64,000 bases of DNA, from contig OZ176059.1 in the NCBI GenBank assembly GCA_964247055.1, positions 3,100,001 through 3,164,000 on the forward strand, given 5' to 3'. The notes below the pieces were generated by a model. It saw only the letters and a list, made by a program, of their open reading frames with translations, did no database searches and was not told where the DNA came from. Positions 42,190-58,121 of the stretch are shown piece after piece (position 1 is the first letter of the stretch; the number at the start of each line of letters is the position of its first letter). Position numbers and translations under genes: made by a program. This DNA comes from Paragordius varius. Taxonomy: Eukaryota > Animalia > Nematomorpha.

Positions 42190-45100
42190 TAAATTAATTT
42201 TTGTACTAGGGTTGTGCTGACTAGGTCAAAGATCTACTAGGTTAGACCTAAGTCTGACGCTTACATTTATAAAAACAAAATTAATTTAGACATTTAACAA
42301 TTTATATAAAAAAGTAAAATTATTAGGATAGGTCAAATAAAACTGGTAGTTTATCGGTACATTTACCTACTATCAAGACCTATTTTCTTTGATCCGAAGA
42401 ATAACAGTAAAAATTGAAATTATACAGACAAAACCTAAAAATATAAACAGATGTTTTTTTTTCTAAAAAACCAAAATGTTTTTTTTCAAAAAAGACCACC
42501 ATACTTTTTTAAACTACATTTTTAAAAAGTGGTTACACAATCAATTATATATTTAAAATTTGTATTTATATAATTTATATGAGAATAATTAAAATTTAAA
42601 AGTATAGACTTGCTTTTTAGAAAAAATATTTGTTTTTATATTTTTACTTTATATCGATATAGTTTCAGTTTTTACTGTATTTTCAGACCCGCTTCAATTA
42701 GTACAGATGAAAAAAGTTTTCTACAAAGAGAAATCTACATAATTCCTACAAAAACTGTTTAGATCAGTAATTTCCAACCTTTTTATGGACGCCCCACCGA
42801 ATTACAAATTCTTGCGCCCTCCTCTCTCAAAAAAACCAAAATAAAAAATGTAAAATTAATTATTACTAAAAACTCTCAATCAATGAGATCATTGTATTTA
42901 CAATCTTGAAATATTTTTTCATATCGGTCACGAATCTTGAAAATTGGCATCTGAGATTCTTCAATTTGTTTTTTGGTTTATTTTTTCAATAAATTCTTTA
43001 AATTTTTCGCCCTCCCCCCCCAACCTTAGATTTATCTATGCAGCCATCTTGAGAACTACTGGTTAAAGTGATAATCGTTTAAACAAATAAATGACCGTTA
43101 AATAAAAATTACAGCATTATGTTGAAACAACTATAGAAGTGATACAGATGAAACAATAATTATTTGATTTATTTATAAATTTGTAAATATTTGTAATATT
43201 TAAGGGTCAATGATGTTTCATAAAATATATAATTGACAATTTTTTTCTTCGATACTTATATTCAAGTTTTGTGTTATGCCATTTATAGTTCAAATTCACC
43301 CTTAAACAAACAAACAAAATCTAAAGAAAAAGTTTTGTCTTTTCTTCAACATTTTTAAGTAATTTTACTAAACATACACTCTAATTCCAACTATATTTAA
43401 CACTCCATGATGACCTTTTGGAGTATGGGCTATCTAAATAGCTCTTAAAAAACTACTGTATCAAACGGTTTCAGTTTAAATTTATGCCTTATACAATAGA
43501 TATTATATAACTAGGCCAAAATATACCATTTATCAAAAATCCTCGAACAATTCACATTCACCCTCAAATGAATTATATGTTTTTCAAGAATAAAAATTAC
43601 GTCTATTGTTTTTTTAAAAAAGTGAAATTACGTTAAAAATAATATAACACTGAAAAATAGTAAATTAGGCCATAAAATATATATTTTATTAATGATGAGG
43701 TTATATTAGCTGCCCGAAAACACACAAGTTATTTTTAGGGTGAATTTCAATTGTTCAAGGGTGAATTTGAATTGTTCAAGGGTTTTCATTTGTTCGAGGG
43801 TGAATTTGAATTGTAAATGGTATATATGAAACAAATTTATAATACCAAGTCTTATCTTATGGCTATGATTTAAAACTTCTTCAAAGGCCTTATGTATGAT
43901 TCTATGTAGGATCATAAATTGTAATTTAATAAGTTATACAGTAAAAGTTAAATTTACACAGACAAAACCTAAAAATATATAAACAAATATTTTTTTCAAA
44001 AAACAACCATACTTTTTTAAACCATAATTTTTCTCATTTAAATTATATAACTAAAATTGTAAAATAGATCTACATATCGTTTTCATATTTTGCAGTTTAA
44101 AACAATAGATAATTTAAAAAAATCAAGATTGATAAAGGATTTTTTTTGTAGAAAAAAATATTTGTCCTTATTTTTTTACGTTTTGTCCGTATATAATATC
44201 AAAATTTACTGTAAATGATCAGGGTATAGGTAATCGTATACTTGTAAATATATTTTTTATCAAAAAAATATTTTTTTTTAAAACTATTTATAATTATTTA
44301 TGATTGCAGAATTTATTTTTAAAAGACTAACGCTTGAACTAAAATAAGTTCGATCTAGGTTTCCCAAACATTTTTTTAAAAAAGGGGGGGGGGGGGTAAA
44401 AATGACGAATGACTAATGAATAAGATTTATTTTTAAATAGTTTATCGACTTAATTAAGTATTTGTTTTGAAATTTACCCTTTTACAGTAAAAATTGAAAC
44501 TATATAAACAAAAAGACAAATATTTTTTTATAAAATACAACATTTTTTGTTGATTTTACTAAAATATTACTAACTAATTGTTTTAACCGCAAAATAAAAA
44601 ATAGAAATGTAAATTGGTAGCACAATCTATTATATACTTAAGGTTGTAATTAAATATATTATATGGCAAAAATTAAAGTTTCCCAAAAAGTATGGGTTTA
44701 TTGACTTTTGAAAAAATTTTATTTTTATATTTTTAAGTTGTATTAATGTATTTTTATTCTTCATTCCCTTGTTCTCTAAAAAAAATTTTTTTTTAACGTT
44801 TTTTTCTAAACATTATACATTAAAATTCTGACTATATTTAACACTGCTTAGGTAGTCCTATATCCAAGAGCAAAATTCGAATATCTTATGAAGTATTTAA
44901 GGTATTAAACCGAATTTAAAAATATGCTTTCTTTAGTCTTTTATGCACATTATAAAAAAATTATTTTGTAAATAAAACCCTTATCAAAAACTTTAATGCC
45001 GCCATTCAACAGCAAATGAATGTATATTATGTGAAAATGAAAAAAATTAACTTTTAAAAGCATTAAACTACATTTTTATGAGCAAAACCTTAATATATTT

Positions 45101-48100
45101 TCATTTTAATATCAGCTGTTCGTTCAATCTTTTAGAGCTGCCCCAATTTTATACTCTAGAAGCCACAAAACTGTAAAAAATATAAGCTTTTTTTATACAG
45201 GAAAACCACGTTTGATAATTAAATTTTAACTAAAATACCTTTCAAAAGCTTACTTTTTATTTACGTAATTGCGCTCTGGTATATAAAATTACCACAAAAG
45301 GTTAACTAAAACAAATGAGAAAAGTGAAAAGGTAATATGTTTTAAATAAAAATTTTGGATATAGTTTAATTTAATAAAATTTACGAGAATTTAAATTATT
45401 ATTTTAACATAAAATATTCGTTCCGATGACAATATTTAAATAAAATATCCAGTTTAGAATCTCGTTTTTCCAAATTTCTTAAAGAGTTAGGAGACTTAAA
45501 TTGTATTCAGGACTTGTGAAGGCTTTAAAACTCGCTTGCCTGCCTTAACTAAAATAACTTTCAAAAGCTAGCTTTATTTACAAAATTGTGCTCTGATATA
45601 AAGTACCATATATATTAAAACAAAAAAAAATGAAAAGTTAATAAGTTATAAATCTAAAAGTATTTTAGAATTTCTTTTTTTTCCAAATTTCTTAAAGAGT
45701 TAGGATACTTAAATTGTATTCGGGACTTCTGAAGGCTTTAAAACTCGCTTGCCTGCCGAGGGCTAATTGATAGTAATGATAAAAAAAAGCGTAGTTTAAG
45801 TTCGAACTCAAGCATGCAGTTTAACAGTTCGGTCTCCTACCTATTATACCATTTCGCCTTAATAAGTGTTAACTACACTGATAAAATACGTAATTAATTT
45901 TGATATTACAGAAAAACTCTAGCCTAATTACTATTTAAATAAAAGGTTACAACTCAAGGAAATTATCGACTACAAACACTAAAAAGTGAGGTATGATCTA
46001 TTTATAATTATATATAGATATTTAGAAAGTTTTTTTTACAATTATTTAATATATTTTAACTTTAAGTGTAATTTTATCTCCTAAAATGATTTAAAATTTA
46101 AACATCTTATCAAAGATTCAAGTTTTATATTTTAAAATAATAATTTGTATTCTCGTAAAATTTATTGAATTCAAACTATATCCAAAATTTTCGATACATG
46201 AGAGTATCTTTTTCAATGGATTAACTAAAATAAAAGAAAATTAATAAGATTAAAAGTACCTTTCAAAAAATTAGTTTGATTACAAAATCAAATTATGAGA
46301 TATAAAAATTTACCAAAAAAGAGTATAATGGTAATGAAATGTTAAAATTCATTTGTTTATTATGTTTACGATGACATTTTGATGCATTTTGATGTGTATA
46401 GTTGTATAAAATTATTAGAGATGTTTTAATTAACACTTTTTTTTATGATTATTGGTGGACCTAGATCCTGAGCTTATACTTGATTGTTATAGCTTAATAA
46501 TGTTGTTGGTTGTTTTAAAATTTTATATTATTTTGATGTGTAGTGGACTTTCTTAAAGAATTTTTAATTAACGACTAACACTCCGAAAACTTTAAAAAAA
46601 AATAGTTACATATTGGGGTGTTATTATTACAGAGAGTTCAATTTTTAAACTACTAATTTATATATTGTTTAATTATCACTTCTTTAAATCAAAATTTTGA
46701 GCACGATGAGATCATACAAATATTATTTTCTCCTACAGCTTAGCCTTGTATAATTATCATTTCATTCGAATTTATCTTTTGTGGTGGTATCGGAAATTAA
46801 AAATTTTACTTTCTTTGAAAGTTTTAGAAGGTAATTATTAAATTTTACCTAAAATAATTTTCAAAAAAGTTAGTTTATTGCAAAATTGAATTCTGGGACA
46901 TCAGTCAAATGAACAAATAATGAAGTATATAGTTAATTTACGAGTAAATAAAAATATTGACAAAATGTCATTGTATACAAAATAAAATGCAACGAGAATT
47001 CCAAAAAGTTAAAAAAATACTCAAAAATATGCACAAAATTCAAAAATTATTATAAAAATGTCATTTATCAACAAAAATAATTTTAAAATTATCCCAGTTT
47101 TAGAGTTGTAGTTTAATTTATAAAATAATTATCAAACATTGCTCTTCTGTAAAAATTAGATAAAAAAGTTTATATTTTTTACAGTTTTAGGACATCTAGA
47201 ATCTAAAATTAGGAGATTCCAAAACACGATATAATCTTACTAATATTTGAGAAAATTTTTTCCCAATTCTGTAATAATTGCATCAAATTTAATACTTGAT
47301 CACGTTTCTACTCTTTTTTCTTATTAATACTTTTAGGGGTAAAATTATATCCCAAAGCGTATGGTTTTAAGTAACTACTGGTTTCGCGGTTGTATTTAAA
47401 ATTTGATTATCAAACATTGTACGCTGTATTATATCGAAAAACTTGGTTATTCTGGCTTTTAGCTTTTAGAGAGTCTAACTTTTAGAGCCGCTCTAAAACA
47501 CATGAAATATTGGAAATATAAAATTATTTCCCAATTATGTGATTATTCCATTAAAAAATCTTATACTAGGCGCTCGCTTTTGCATATATATATATATAAA
47601 TTACTTTTTTGTACTAGTGTTGTGCTGACCAGGTCAAAGACCTACCAGGTTAGACCTAAGTCTGACTCTAATATAGATAAAAAATTGATTTTTTTTTCAA
47701 TTTAGACGTTTAACAATTTATATAAAAAAGAATTATTAGGAGAGGTGGAATAAAACTAAGGGTATATCGGTACATTTACCGACTATCTAGACTTGTCTTC
47801 ACTAATCCGGAGAAATACAGTAAAAATTTAAATTATACAGACAATTATCTGATAATTCCATTAAAAAATCTTAAGCTAGGCGCTCGCTTTTGCATTTTAT
47901 ATATATATAAAATATATATATATATAAATTACTTTTTTTGTACTAGGGTTGTGCTGACCAAGTTAAAGACCTTGGTCAGACCTAAGTCTGACTCTAATAT
48001 AGATAAAAAATTGATTTTTTTTTCAATTTAGACGTTTAACAATTTATATAAAAAAGAATTATTAGGAGAGGTGGAATAAAACCAAGGGTATATCGGTACA

Positions 48101-50200
48101 TTTACCGACTATCAAGACCTATTTTCTTTGATCCGAAGAATAACAGTAAAAATTGAAATTATACAGACAAAACCTAAAAATATAAACAAATGTTTTTTTC
48201 AAAAAAGACCACCATACTTTTTCAAACTACATTTTTAAAAAGTTGTTACACAATCAATTAGATATTTTGCAATTGTAATTATGTAATTATGAGAAAATTA
48301 AGGTTTTAAAAGTATAGACTTGCCTTTTAGAAAAAATATTTGTCTTTATATTTTTATTTTTTTTCGGTATATTTCAATTTTTACTGTATTTTCAGACCGG
48401 CTTCAATTAGTACAGATGAAAAAAGTTTTCTACAAAGAGAAATCTACATAATTCCTACAAAAACTGTTTAGATCAGTAATTTCAAACCTTTTTGTAGACG
48501 CCCCACCGAATTACAAATTCTTGCGCCCTCCCCTCTCTCAAAAAAATCCAAGTAAAAAATGTTAAATTAATTATTACTAAAAACTCTCAATCAATGAGAT
48601 CATTGTATTTACAATCTTGAAATATTTTTTCATATCGGTGACAAATCTCGATAATTGGCATCTGAAATCCTTCCATTTATTTTCTGGTTTTATTTTTTAA
48701 TTAAATTGTCCAAATTCCCCCCCCCCCCCCTCCCCCATAACCTTAGATTTTTCTACGCCTTCCTGTTGAGAACTACTGGTTTAAGTGATAATCGTTTAAA
48801 CAAATAAATGACCGTTAAATAAAACTTACAGCATTATGTTGAAACAACTATAGGTGAGGAAGATGAAACAATAATCCATTGATTTATTTAAATTTGTAAA
48901 TATTTGTAATATTTAATTTAAGGGTCAATGTGGTTTCAAAAAAGATATAATTGGCAACTTTTTTCTTTCATAATTTAAGTTTTGTTTTCTATCATTTACA
49001 GTTCAAATTCACCCTTAAACTATTAAAATTCACGCTAAAATAAATTATGTGTTTTTTAAGATTAAAAATTACATTTATTTTATATTAAAAAATGAAACTA
49101 CATTAAATTATACCATAAAAATATATTTAATAATGAGTTATATTAGCCCGAAAACACAATTTATTTTTAGTTGAATTCGAATTGTTTAAGGGAATGAATT
49201 TGAATTGTTTAAGGGGGGTGAATTTTAATTGTTCAAGGGTAAAGTTGAAGTGTTCTAGGGTGAATTTAATTTGTTCAAGGGTGAATTTAATTTGTTCAAG
49301 GGGGAATTTGAATTGTTCAAAGGTGAATTTGAATTATTCAAGGGTGAATTTGAATTGTTCAAGGGTGAATAATTGTAAATGGTATATATATAACAAATTA
49401 AATGCCAAGTCTATAGATATGAATTAAAACTTGCAATAATGCCTTATGTATGATTCTATGTAGGATCATAAATTGTAATTTATTAAGTTTTACAGTAAAA
49501 GTTGAAATTACACGGATAAAACGTAAAAAAAAATAGAAACAAATATTTTTTTCAAAAAACAACCATACTTTTTTAACCATAATTTTTCTCATATAAATTG
49601 TATGACTAAAATTGTAAAATATATAATTGATTGTGTGAATCTACATATCGTTTTCATATTTTACATAAAACAAAAGATAATTTAAAAAAATCAAGATTGA
49701 TAAAGGATGTTTTTTTAGAAAAAAATATTTGTCCTTATTTTTTTACGTTTTGTCCGTATATACTATCAAAATTTACTGTAAATGATCAGGGTATAGGTAA
49801 TCGTATACTTGTTCAAATATATATTTTATCAAAAAAAATATTTTTTATAACTATCTATAAATATTTATGATTGCAGAATTTATTTTTAAAAGACGAACGC
49901 TTGAACTAAAATAGGTCCGACCTAATTTGATGACTAATGAATAAGATTTATTTTTAGATAGTTTATCGACTTAATTAAGTATTTGTTTTGAAATTTACCC
50001 TTTTACAGTAATTGAAACTATATAAACATAAAGACAAATATTTTCTCTAAAATACAACATTTTTTGTTGATTTTACTAAAATATTACTAACTAATTGTTT
50101 TTAACTGCAAAATAAAAAATAGAAATGTATGTTGGTAGCACAATCTATTATATACTTTAAGATTAAATATATTTTATAGCTTAAACTTTCCAAAAAAGTA
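31915..50200. repeat. Tandem segmental amplification of a ~5.4-kb unit (blocks X-A-Y): X 31915-33400, A 33400-36600, A' 36640-39780, Y 39780-40500, X' 40500-42000, A'' 42000-45200, Y' 45200-45920, X'' 45920-47450, A''' 47450-50200 (approximate)
   Basis: Shared anchors: CTAGGCGCTCGCTTTTGCAT (~33504, 36901, 42137, 47567, 47877), CAGACCSGCTTCAATTAGTACAG (~34038, 37445, 42683, 48393), ATGATCAGGGTATAGGTAATCG (~35381, 38780, 44215, 49781), GCACGATGAGATCATAC (41281, ~46701), TACAAACACTAAARAGTGAGGTATGAT (~31963, ~40549, ~45971). Confidence 0.88.
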
Positions 50201-53200
50201 TGGGACATTGTCTTTTGAAAAAAATGTTGTCTGATATATATTTTTACATTTCAGTCCGTATATAAATTGAGTTTTTATTTAGTGTCTTTTTTATATGGGT
50301 AAAATTTATTTTATTTTATGTCTTTACTCTGTTCCTATAAAGAAAAATTTCTTTTCAAGGTTTTTTTTTCAACGTTATTAAATTTCTGTTGGCGTATATT
50401 TAACAGATTTATGACTTTTTGGGGTAGTTTTGTATCCTCAATAAGCGATTTAAAATTTACAATAATTATAAAAAGTATTTCAGGTATAATTAAGCCAAAA
50501 TTTAAAATATATTTTTTTTAGCCTTTTAGGGGGGCATTATTATACGAAAATCGGAAAAATTCCAAATAAATCTATCACAAAGCTTTACACTTTGAACTAA
50601 ATTGGATTTATAAATAGCCCTTAAAAACTACTCAAGCAAATGGGGGTAGTTTAAATTTATGCTTTTAATTATAAAAATAGGCCAAAATTTACCCTTAAAA
50701 AAATTAAATTCCGCCTCGAACAATAATTCCGCCTTCGAACAATTAAATTCTCAAATAAATTTTATCTTTTTAAGATTACCTTGATTTTTTTATATTTTAA
50801 AAAATTGGAAATTCGCTTTAAAATTATTATTATAATGCTGAAAAAATAATAAATTATGTCATAGAGATAGATATATTTTACATTAATAATGAGAGTTATA
50901 TTAGTTTGAAAAACACATAATTTATTTTTACGAGGTTGAAATAGAATTATTCTAAGGGGTTAATTTGATTTATTCTAGGGGGGGGGGTGGATTTGTGTTC
51001 AAGGGTGAATATAAACTGTAAATGTTATTTCTAAATAAAATTAAATAGAAATATCGTAACAACCTATGCACATATGCATTGTTGGCTATGGTTTTACCTT
51101 GGGTTTTAACGCTGAATAAGTAATAACAAGTATTTTTGAATGATCTTTTTTTATTATGATCGGTTCATTAATGGTATAAACCATTTAAAGTTCAAATTCA
51201 CCCTTGAACAATTCAAATTCACCCGTGAACAATTCAAATTCACCCTTAAACAATTCAAATTCACCCTTGAATAAATCAAATTCACCCTAAAAATAAATTA
51301 TGTGTTTTCGAACTAATATAATTCATTATTAATATAAAATATATGTTTATGGTATAGTTTATTATTTTTTCAGTATTATTTTAATTTAAAATAGAATTCT
51401 TATTTTTTAAAAATATTTAAAATATAGGTAATTTATAATCTTACAAAACATATATTTTAATTGAGGGTGAATTTGAATTGTTCAAGGGTGAATTCAAATT
51501 GTTCAAGGGTGAATTCGAATTGTTTAAGGGTGAATTTGAATTGTTCAAGGGTGAATTTGAATTGTTCGAGGGTGAATTTGAATAGTTCAAGGGTGAATTT
51601 GAATCGTTTAAGGGTGAAATTGAATTGTAAATGGTATATAAGTGCGACAATTAATATCGGACGATGTGGCCCCCAATTTATTATTCCATGTTTTTTTTAT
51701 TTTGAAATATTTAATTTTAAACAACAAGCCTGGCTGGGGTATCTAACTACTCCAATTTGAATCAAAGAATAGAAATGAATATGTTGTATCCAAGTGTTAA
51801 TTAAAGTTTGTTTGATTTTAAAACATTATGCTTAGATATTTTACAAGCTTTATTCTAAATTTTAGAATACCACTCCAAAACACATTGAATTAAATTAATA
51901 TTTAATATTTAATAAATAATTTTATTTCTCAATTATGTGATTATTCCATTAAAAAATCTTAAGCTAGGCGCTCGCTTTTGCATTTTATATATAAATTACA
52001 TTTTTTGTACTAGAGTTGTGCTGACCAAGTCAAAGACCTACTAGGTCAGACCTAAGTCTGAAGCTAACAATGATAAAAATTGATTTTTTTTTCAATTTAG
52101 ACGTTTAACAATTTATATGAAAAAGTATAATAATTAGGAGAGGTGGAATAAAACTTAGGGTGTATCGGTACATTTTTTATAAACTATTAAGAATTGTCTT
52201 TACTAATCACGTCAATATTTTCATAGACACATCAAATATACAGCGGGAAAAAAAAGTTTTATACAAAGATACTAGAGACCATTTACAATTCAAATTCACC
52301 TTCGAACAATTCAAGTTCACCTTCGAACAATTCAAATTCACCCTTAAACAATTCAAATTCACTTCGAACAATTCAAATTTTCACCCTTGAACAATTCAAA
52401 TTATGTGTTTTTTAAGATTGAAAATTACCTATATTATATTATATTTTGAAAAATTAGGAAATTTTGTATTTAAACAAAATAATACGGAAAAAAACTTTGC
52501 CTTATATATTTAATTAAAATGATGAGTTATAATATACAAACAAAATATTATATATATTTTAAATTTGCAATATAATACCATTTACAGTTCAAATTCACCC
52601 TTAAACAATTCAAATTCACCCCTAACTAAAATATAGATTAAAAATTACCAATATTTTTAGATATTTTTAAAAATTAGGAAATTTTTTTTTAAAATAATAC
52701 TGAAAGGTAATAATAAAGTATGCCATAAAGATATATATTTCATATTAATAATGAGTTATATTAGTTCGAAAATATATAATTTATTTTTAGGGTGAATTTG
52801 AATTGTTCAAGGGTGAATTTGAATTGTTCAAGGGTGAATTTAAATTATAAATGGTATATTTCTAAAATTTTTCTCCTGAATTAGAGTATAATATAGGAAA
52901 TTTTAATAATTTATTATTTCTTCCCCCTTAATTAGAGGGCAGATTAATAATTACTTGTGGTCAATGTACTTTATATATATATAGTATATCCTCTAAACTT
53001 ATGGGTTTTACCTTAAATAATGTGTTTCTGGTGTTTGATTAATAAATTTATTAGCTTTATTGAATGGCATATTAATTTCAAATTCATTCTTTGAATTTCT
53101 TAACTTTATAACTTAAATTTCAAACTAATCGAAAAAAGTCTTGTCAGCTTACTGGTAAAAATATTCTCAGGCTTTGGTTTCAAATTCATTCTTTGAATTT

Positions 53201-53605
53201 CTTAACTTTATAACTTAAATTTCAAACTAATCGAAAAAAGTCTTGTCAGCTTACTGGTAAAAATATTCTCAGGCTTTGGAAATGATTTACAATAACTGAA
53301 CTGAAAATATACGGACGGACAAAACGTAAAATATAAAGACAAACATACTTTTTAAATGTAAATTTCTGTTAAAATATAAATGATTGATCAGCTGATCTTG
53401 GAAATATCAACTGATTTATACAGTATAAATAGATATTATACGGACGAAAAAAAAACGTAAAAATATAAAGACAACCAACCATATACTTTTTAGGGAAATT
53501 GTAACTTATTGTTTTAAACTCGCAAAGTATAGAAAATAGAGATGTATATATTGGTAATTAATTACATTTTTTACGAGATTGTAATTATTAAATGTAAATT
53601 AAAAA

Positions 53606-53645
<40 letters not shown>

Positions 53646-55241
53646 CAGTATGATTAAATATATATATATATATAGCTAGGAAGTTAATAATTATTATTGC
53701 TAAATAGCATATTTTTACAGCAAAGGGGGCAGTTTTATTGGCTTATAGTTATTTTTTTCATTTTTTAATTATAATTCTCTTTACTGCTGAATATGCTATT
53801 TGGTAATAATAAATAACTTTCTATCAATGTATATTTATTCATTCTGTATTATGAAAAAATAGGGGCGTATATATACAATATCAGCTGATATAAATGGATC
53901 GAAATTCCTAATATATTATTTGCGAATAAAATTAAAACTTATTTGCTATTTTTTTAATATATATATTATTTAAAATTCAAATTCGCCCCTCTAAAAATAA
54001 ATTATGTATTTTCAGTCAGCTAATATAACTTATTATTAATATAAAATATTCTTTATGGCGCATAGTATAATATTTTTCAAGTATTATTTTAATTTTAAAC
54101 ATGGAAAATTTATTTTTTACAAATATGCAAAAATATAGGTAAATTTTAATCTTTAATAACTTTTAATTTTTTTTAGGGTGAATTTAAATTGGTTAAGGGG
54201 TGAATTTGAACTGCAAATGGTAATATTGCTGTATCTTTCCCCCTGAAGTTTATAAAGTATGGTTGGTTGTCTTTTAGCTAAAAAATATGTGGTTGTCTTT
54301 AAATTGTTACAAATTTTGTCCGTATAATCCCAACAATTTTAACTGCATATAGGTTCAGAATCAGACAAGATTTTCCCAAGATCAGCTGATTATTCATTTA
54401 TTTGACAAAATTTAAACTTAAAAAGTATGGTTAGTTGTCTTTTAGAAAACCACATATGGTTGTTTTTATATTGTTACATTTTGTCCGTATATTTTCAACA
54501 ATTTTAACTGTAAAATTCTTACTGGTCAAACTATTCTCAGTTTAGAAATTAGTAATTTAAATTCAATATATATATATATATATATAGTATATCATTTTTT
54601 AGAAATATAGCACAATATAGGAGGTAATTTTTAATCTTTAAAAAATAACTAATAATTTATTTCAGGATAAATTAAAGTGTTCTTCAAGGGTGAATTTGAA
54701 TTGTTTAAGAGTGAATTTAAATTCTTTAAGGATGAATTTGAATTGTTCGCGTGAATTTAAACTGTAAAAGGTATATATTCCTAAAATGTGTTACTTTTAA
54801 CTTTGAAGTCTTAATTAGAATTTGGTAATCAATTTCAATAAAACGAGTATTAACTTATTTGATGATGTCATATATAGTTAGTTTTTATAGATTTTATAGC
54901 TATGATTTATTTTACATTTCCAAGTAAATTCTTACTGGTCAAACTATTTTCGGTTTTAAAATCAGTGATTTAACTTCAATATATATCATCAATATATATA
55001 GTGAATTGCTAAAATGTTTTCCTTTAACTTTGAAGTCTTAATTAGTAATTACTTGTGGTCAATTACAATATAACGAGTATTAACTTGATTGATAAGTTTG
55101 CAATACTTAAGCTTAACTAAATTCTTATTAGTCAAACTATTTTCGGTTTTAAAATTATTGATATAACTTCAGTATGTATAATATATTTCTAAAATAATTC
55201 CTTTTTCAACTTAAAGGTCAATATGTAATTACTGGTGATCA

Positions 55242-55289
<48 letters not shown>

Positions 55290-55852
55290 CGTTGTAAAAA
55301 GGTTAATAAATATATAACATAAAACTAGAAAAGATATTTATTTATTCGGTTTTTTTGTGCTCTATATATATATATATATAAATACTATTTTTAAGTCAAA
55401 ATAATTTTTGCATGATATAACAATAAAATTTTGAGTAACAAACAAAGAATATTATGATATTTACATAGATAGTATACAAAAAATTTAAAAATAAGAATGT
55501 AAATACCGAAAATTATAATATACAAACAAAATAATATATATATTTAAAATATGCATATATATACCATTTATAATTCAAATTCTCCCTCGAACAATTCAAA
55601 TTCACCCTTAAACAATTCTAATTCACCCTCAAATAAAATATATGTTTTTGGAGATTAAATTTTTTTATATAATTTTTAAAAATTAGGAAATGTTTAAATT
55701 AAAATAATACTGAAAGGTAATAATAAACTATGCCATAAAGATATATATTTCATATTAATAATGAGAGTTATATTAGTTCGAAAATATATAATTTATTTTT
55801 AGGGTGAATTTGAATTGTTTAAGTTAAGGGTGTATTTGAACTGTAAATTGTA
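34580..55852. mobile_element. Further MITE copies at ~34580-34981, 37969-38381, 43524-43822, 48992-49384, 50690-51030 (degenerate), 51179-51636, 52279-52500 (partial), 52576-52856, 53973-54222, 54660-54776 (partial), 55562-55852
   Basis: Each shows CCATTTACAG/GTAAATGGT termini and/or the 21-bp GGGTGAATTTGAATTGTTCAA units. Confidence 0.8.
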
Positions 55853-55917
55853 TATATATATTTCTATTTGAAACATAATATATATATATATATCTATATT
55901 TCTCAATTATTTGAAAC

Positions 55918-55958
<41 letters not shown>

Positions 55959-58053
55959 ATATATTAATTTGAAATGTTCGAGGGTGAATATGAATTGTTT
56001 AAAGGTGAATTTGAATGATTTATGACATGGAATATTTGGTTAGTTATAAAGTTTATAATCAGATGGTGTATTTTTAACAAAGCTATAGCCTTTTTCAAAA
56101 CACTTTCATATTTATATGCCTGAGAGAGTCCGAGATGATGTCTTACAGTAACTGAACTCAAATTATACTACTTCGGACTGAGGACAAAATGTAAAAATAT
56201 TAAGACAAATATTTGGTTTTTAAATGTTAATTTTTGTTAAAATACAAACGATTGTTAGGAAAAATCAGCTGATCTGGGAAAAATAGGGTGAACACAGTAT
56301 AAATTAAAATTATACGGACGGGTAAAATTTTACAATAAAACGTCATTTATACTTTTGATTTTTTAGATAAAACTGATTGATCAAATGTAAACACAACCCA
56401 TATTTGGTTTTCTAAAAGACAATTATACTTTTTAAAAGACTTGATATTTATATAACTGATTAATCAGCTGCTCTGGGAAAAGCATATGATTTTAGAACAA
56501 TTAGCCGATATACAGTAACTGAATTGAAATTATACTACGGACGGATGGACAAAATGTAAAAATATAAAGACACGTGCTTATTTTTAAAATGTTAATTATC
56601 GTTAAAATCAAATTAATCAGCTGATCTGTGAAAAACAGCTGATATAGGGAAAATCAACTTACTACAGTAACTGAACTGAAATTATAATACGAGGACGGAC
56701 GGACAAAATGTAAAAATATAAAGAAAGCCATATTTAGTTAAATGTTAATTTTTGTTAGAATTGATCAGCTGATCTTGGAAATTAGCTATTATACAATAAA
56801 AAAACCTTTTTGTCCTAAAAGACAACCATATTTTTTCCGAAAAACAACTATATTTTTAAAATGTTAATTTTTGTTAAAATACAAATGATCAGCTGATCTG
56901 AGGAAAACCAGATGATACTAAACTTATATACAGTAAAAAGTGTTGAAATTATAAAACCGGAGGACAAAATGTAAAATATAATGACAAATATTTCTTTTTA
57001 GAAGACAACCATACTTTTTAAAATTGAGTTTTTAATAAATACAAAGGATTAATCAGCTGATCTGGAAAAAATTATTTCTTATTCCAAATCTATATACAGT
57101 AAAAAATTGTTGAAATTTACGGAAGGACAAAACGTAAAAAAAAGACGAATACATATTTGGTTTTCTAATAGACAACCAACCCCATACTTTTTAAAAGATT
57201 GATATATAATAACCTTTTTTTATATAACTGATTGATCAGCTCATCTGGAACAGAACAGATGATTTTAAACATAAAATCAGTAAAAAATGTTGATATTGTA
57301 TACGGACGGATAAAATGTAATAATATAAAGACAACCATATTTGGTTTTCTAAAAGACAATAATATACTTATTATTGCTCAGAATTTATTTAAAATATAAC
57401 TGATTGATCAGCTGATCTGGAAATATAATTATATCTGATTCTAAACCTATATACAGTAAAAATTAAATTTATACGGATGGGTTAAATGTAAAAAAATAAA
57501 GACACACATATTAGTTTTCTAAAAGACAATAATATATTTTTTAAAGCTCAGAATATTTTTAAAATATAACTGATTGATCACTGTCTGGAAATATAATTAT
57601 ATCTGATTCTAAACCTATATACAGTAAAAATTTTTGAAATTATACGGTAGGACTAACAAAACGTAAAAATATAAAGACAACCATATTTAGTTTTCTAAAA
57701 GACAATAAATATACTTTTTAAAGCTCAGAATTTATTTAAAATATAACTGATTGATCAGCTGATCTAGAAATATAATTATATCTGATTCTAAACCTATATA
57801 CAGTAAAAATTGTTGAAATTATACGGTAGGACTAACAAAACGTAAAAAAAATAAAGACACACATATTTAGTTTTCTAAAAGACAACAATATGCTTTTTAA
57901 ACCTTTATTTTTCTCATATAAATTATATAATTACTATATAATTACAGTAACAATATACGGAAAAAACACAAATATTTTTATCTAAAAAATAAACATACTA
58001 TTAAAATCTTGAATTTCGTAAATATAACTCATTTAAATGGGAAAGTGTGAAAT

Positions 58054-58121
<68 letters not shown>

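Noticed and set aside
35224-49870. Near-identical ORFs at 35224-35445 and 49631-49870
   Set aside because: They lie in duplicated block A, are low complexity, and show no recognisable domain or splice structure.
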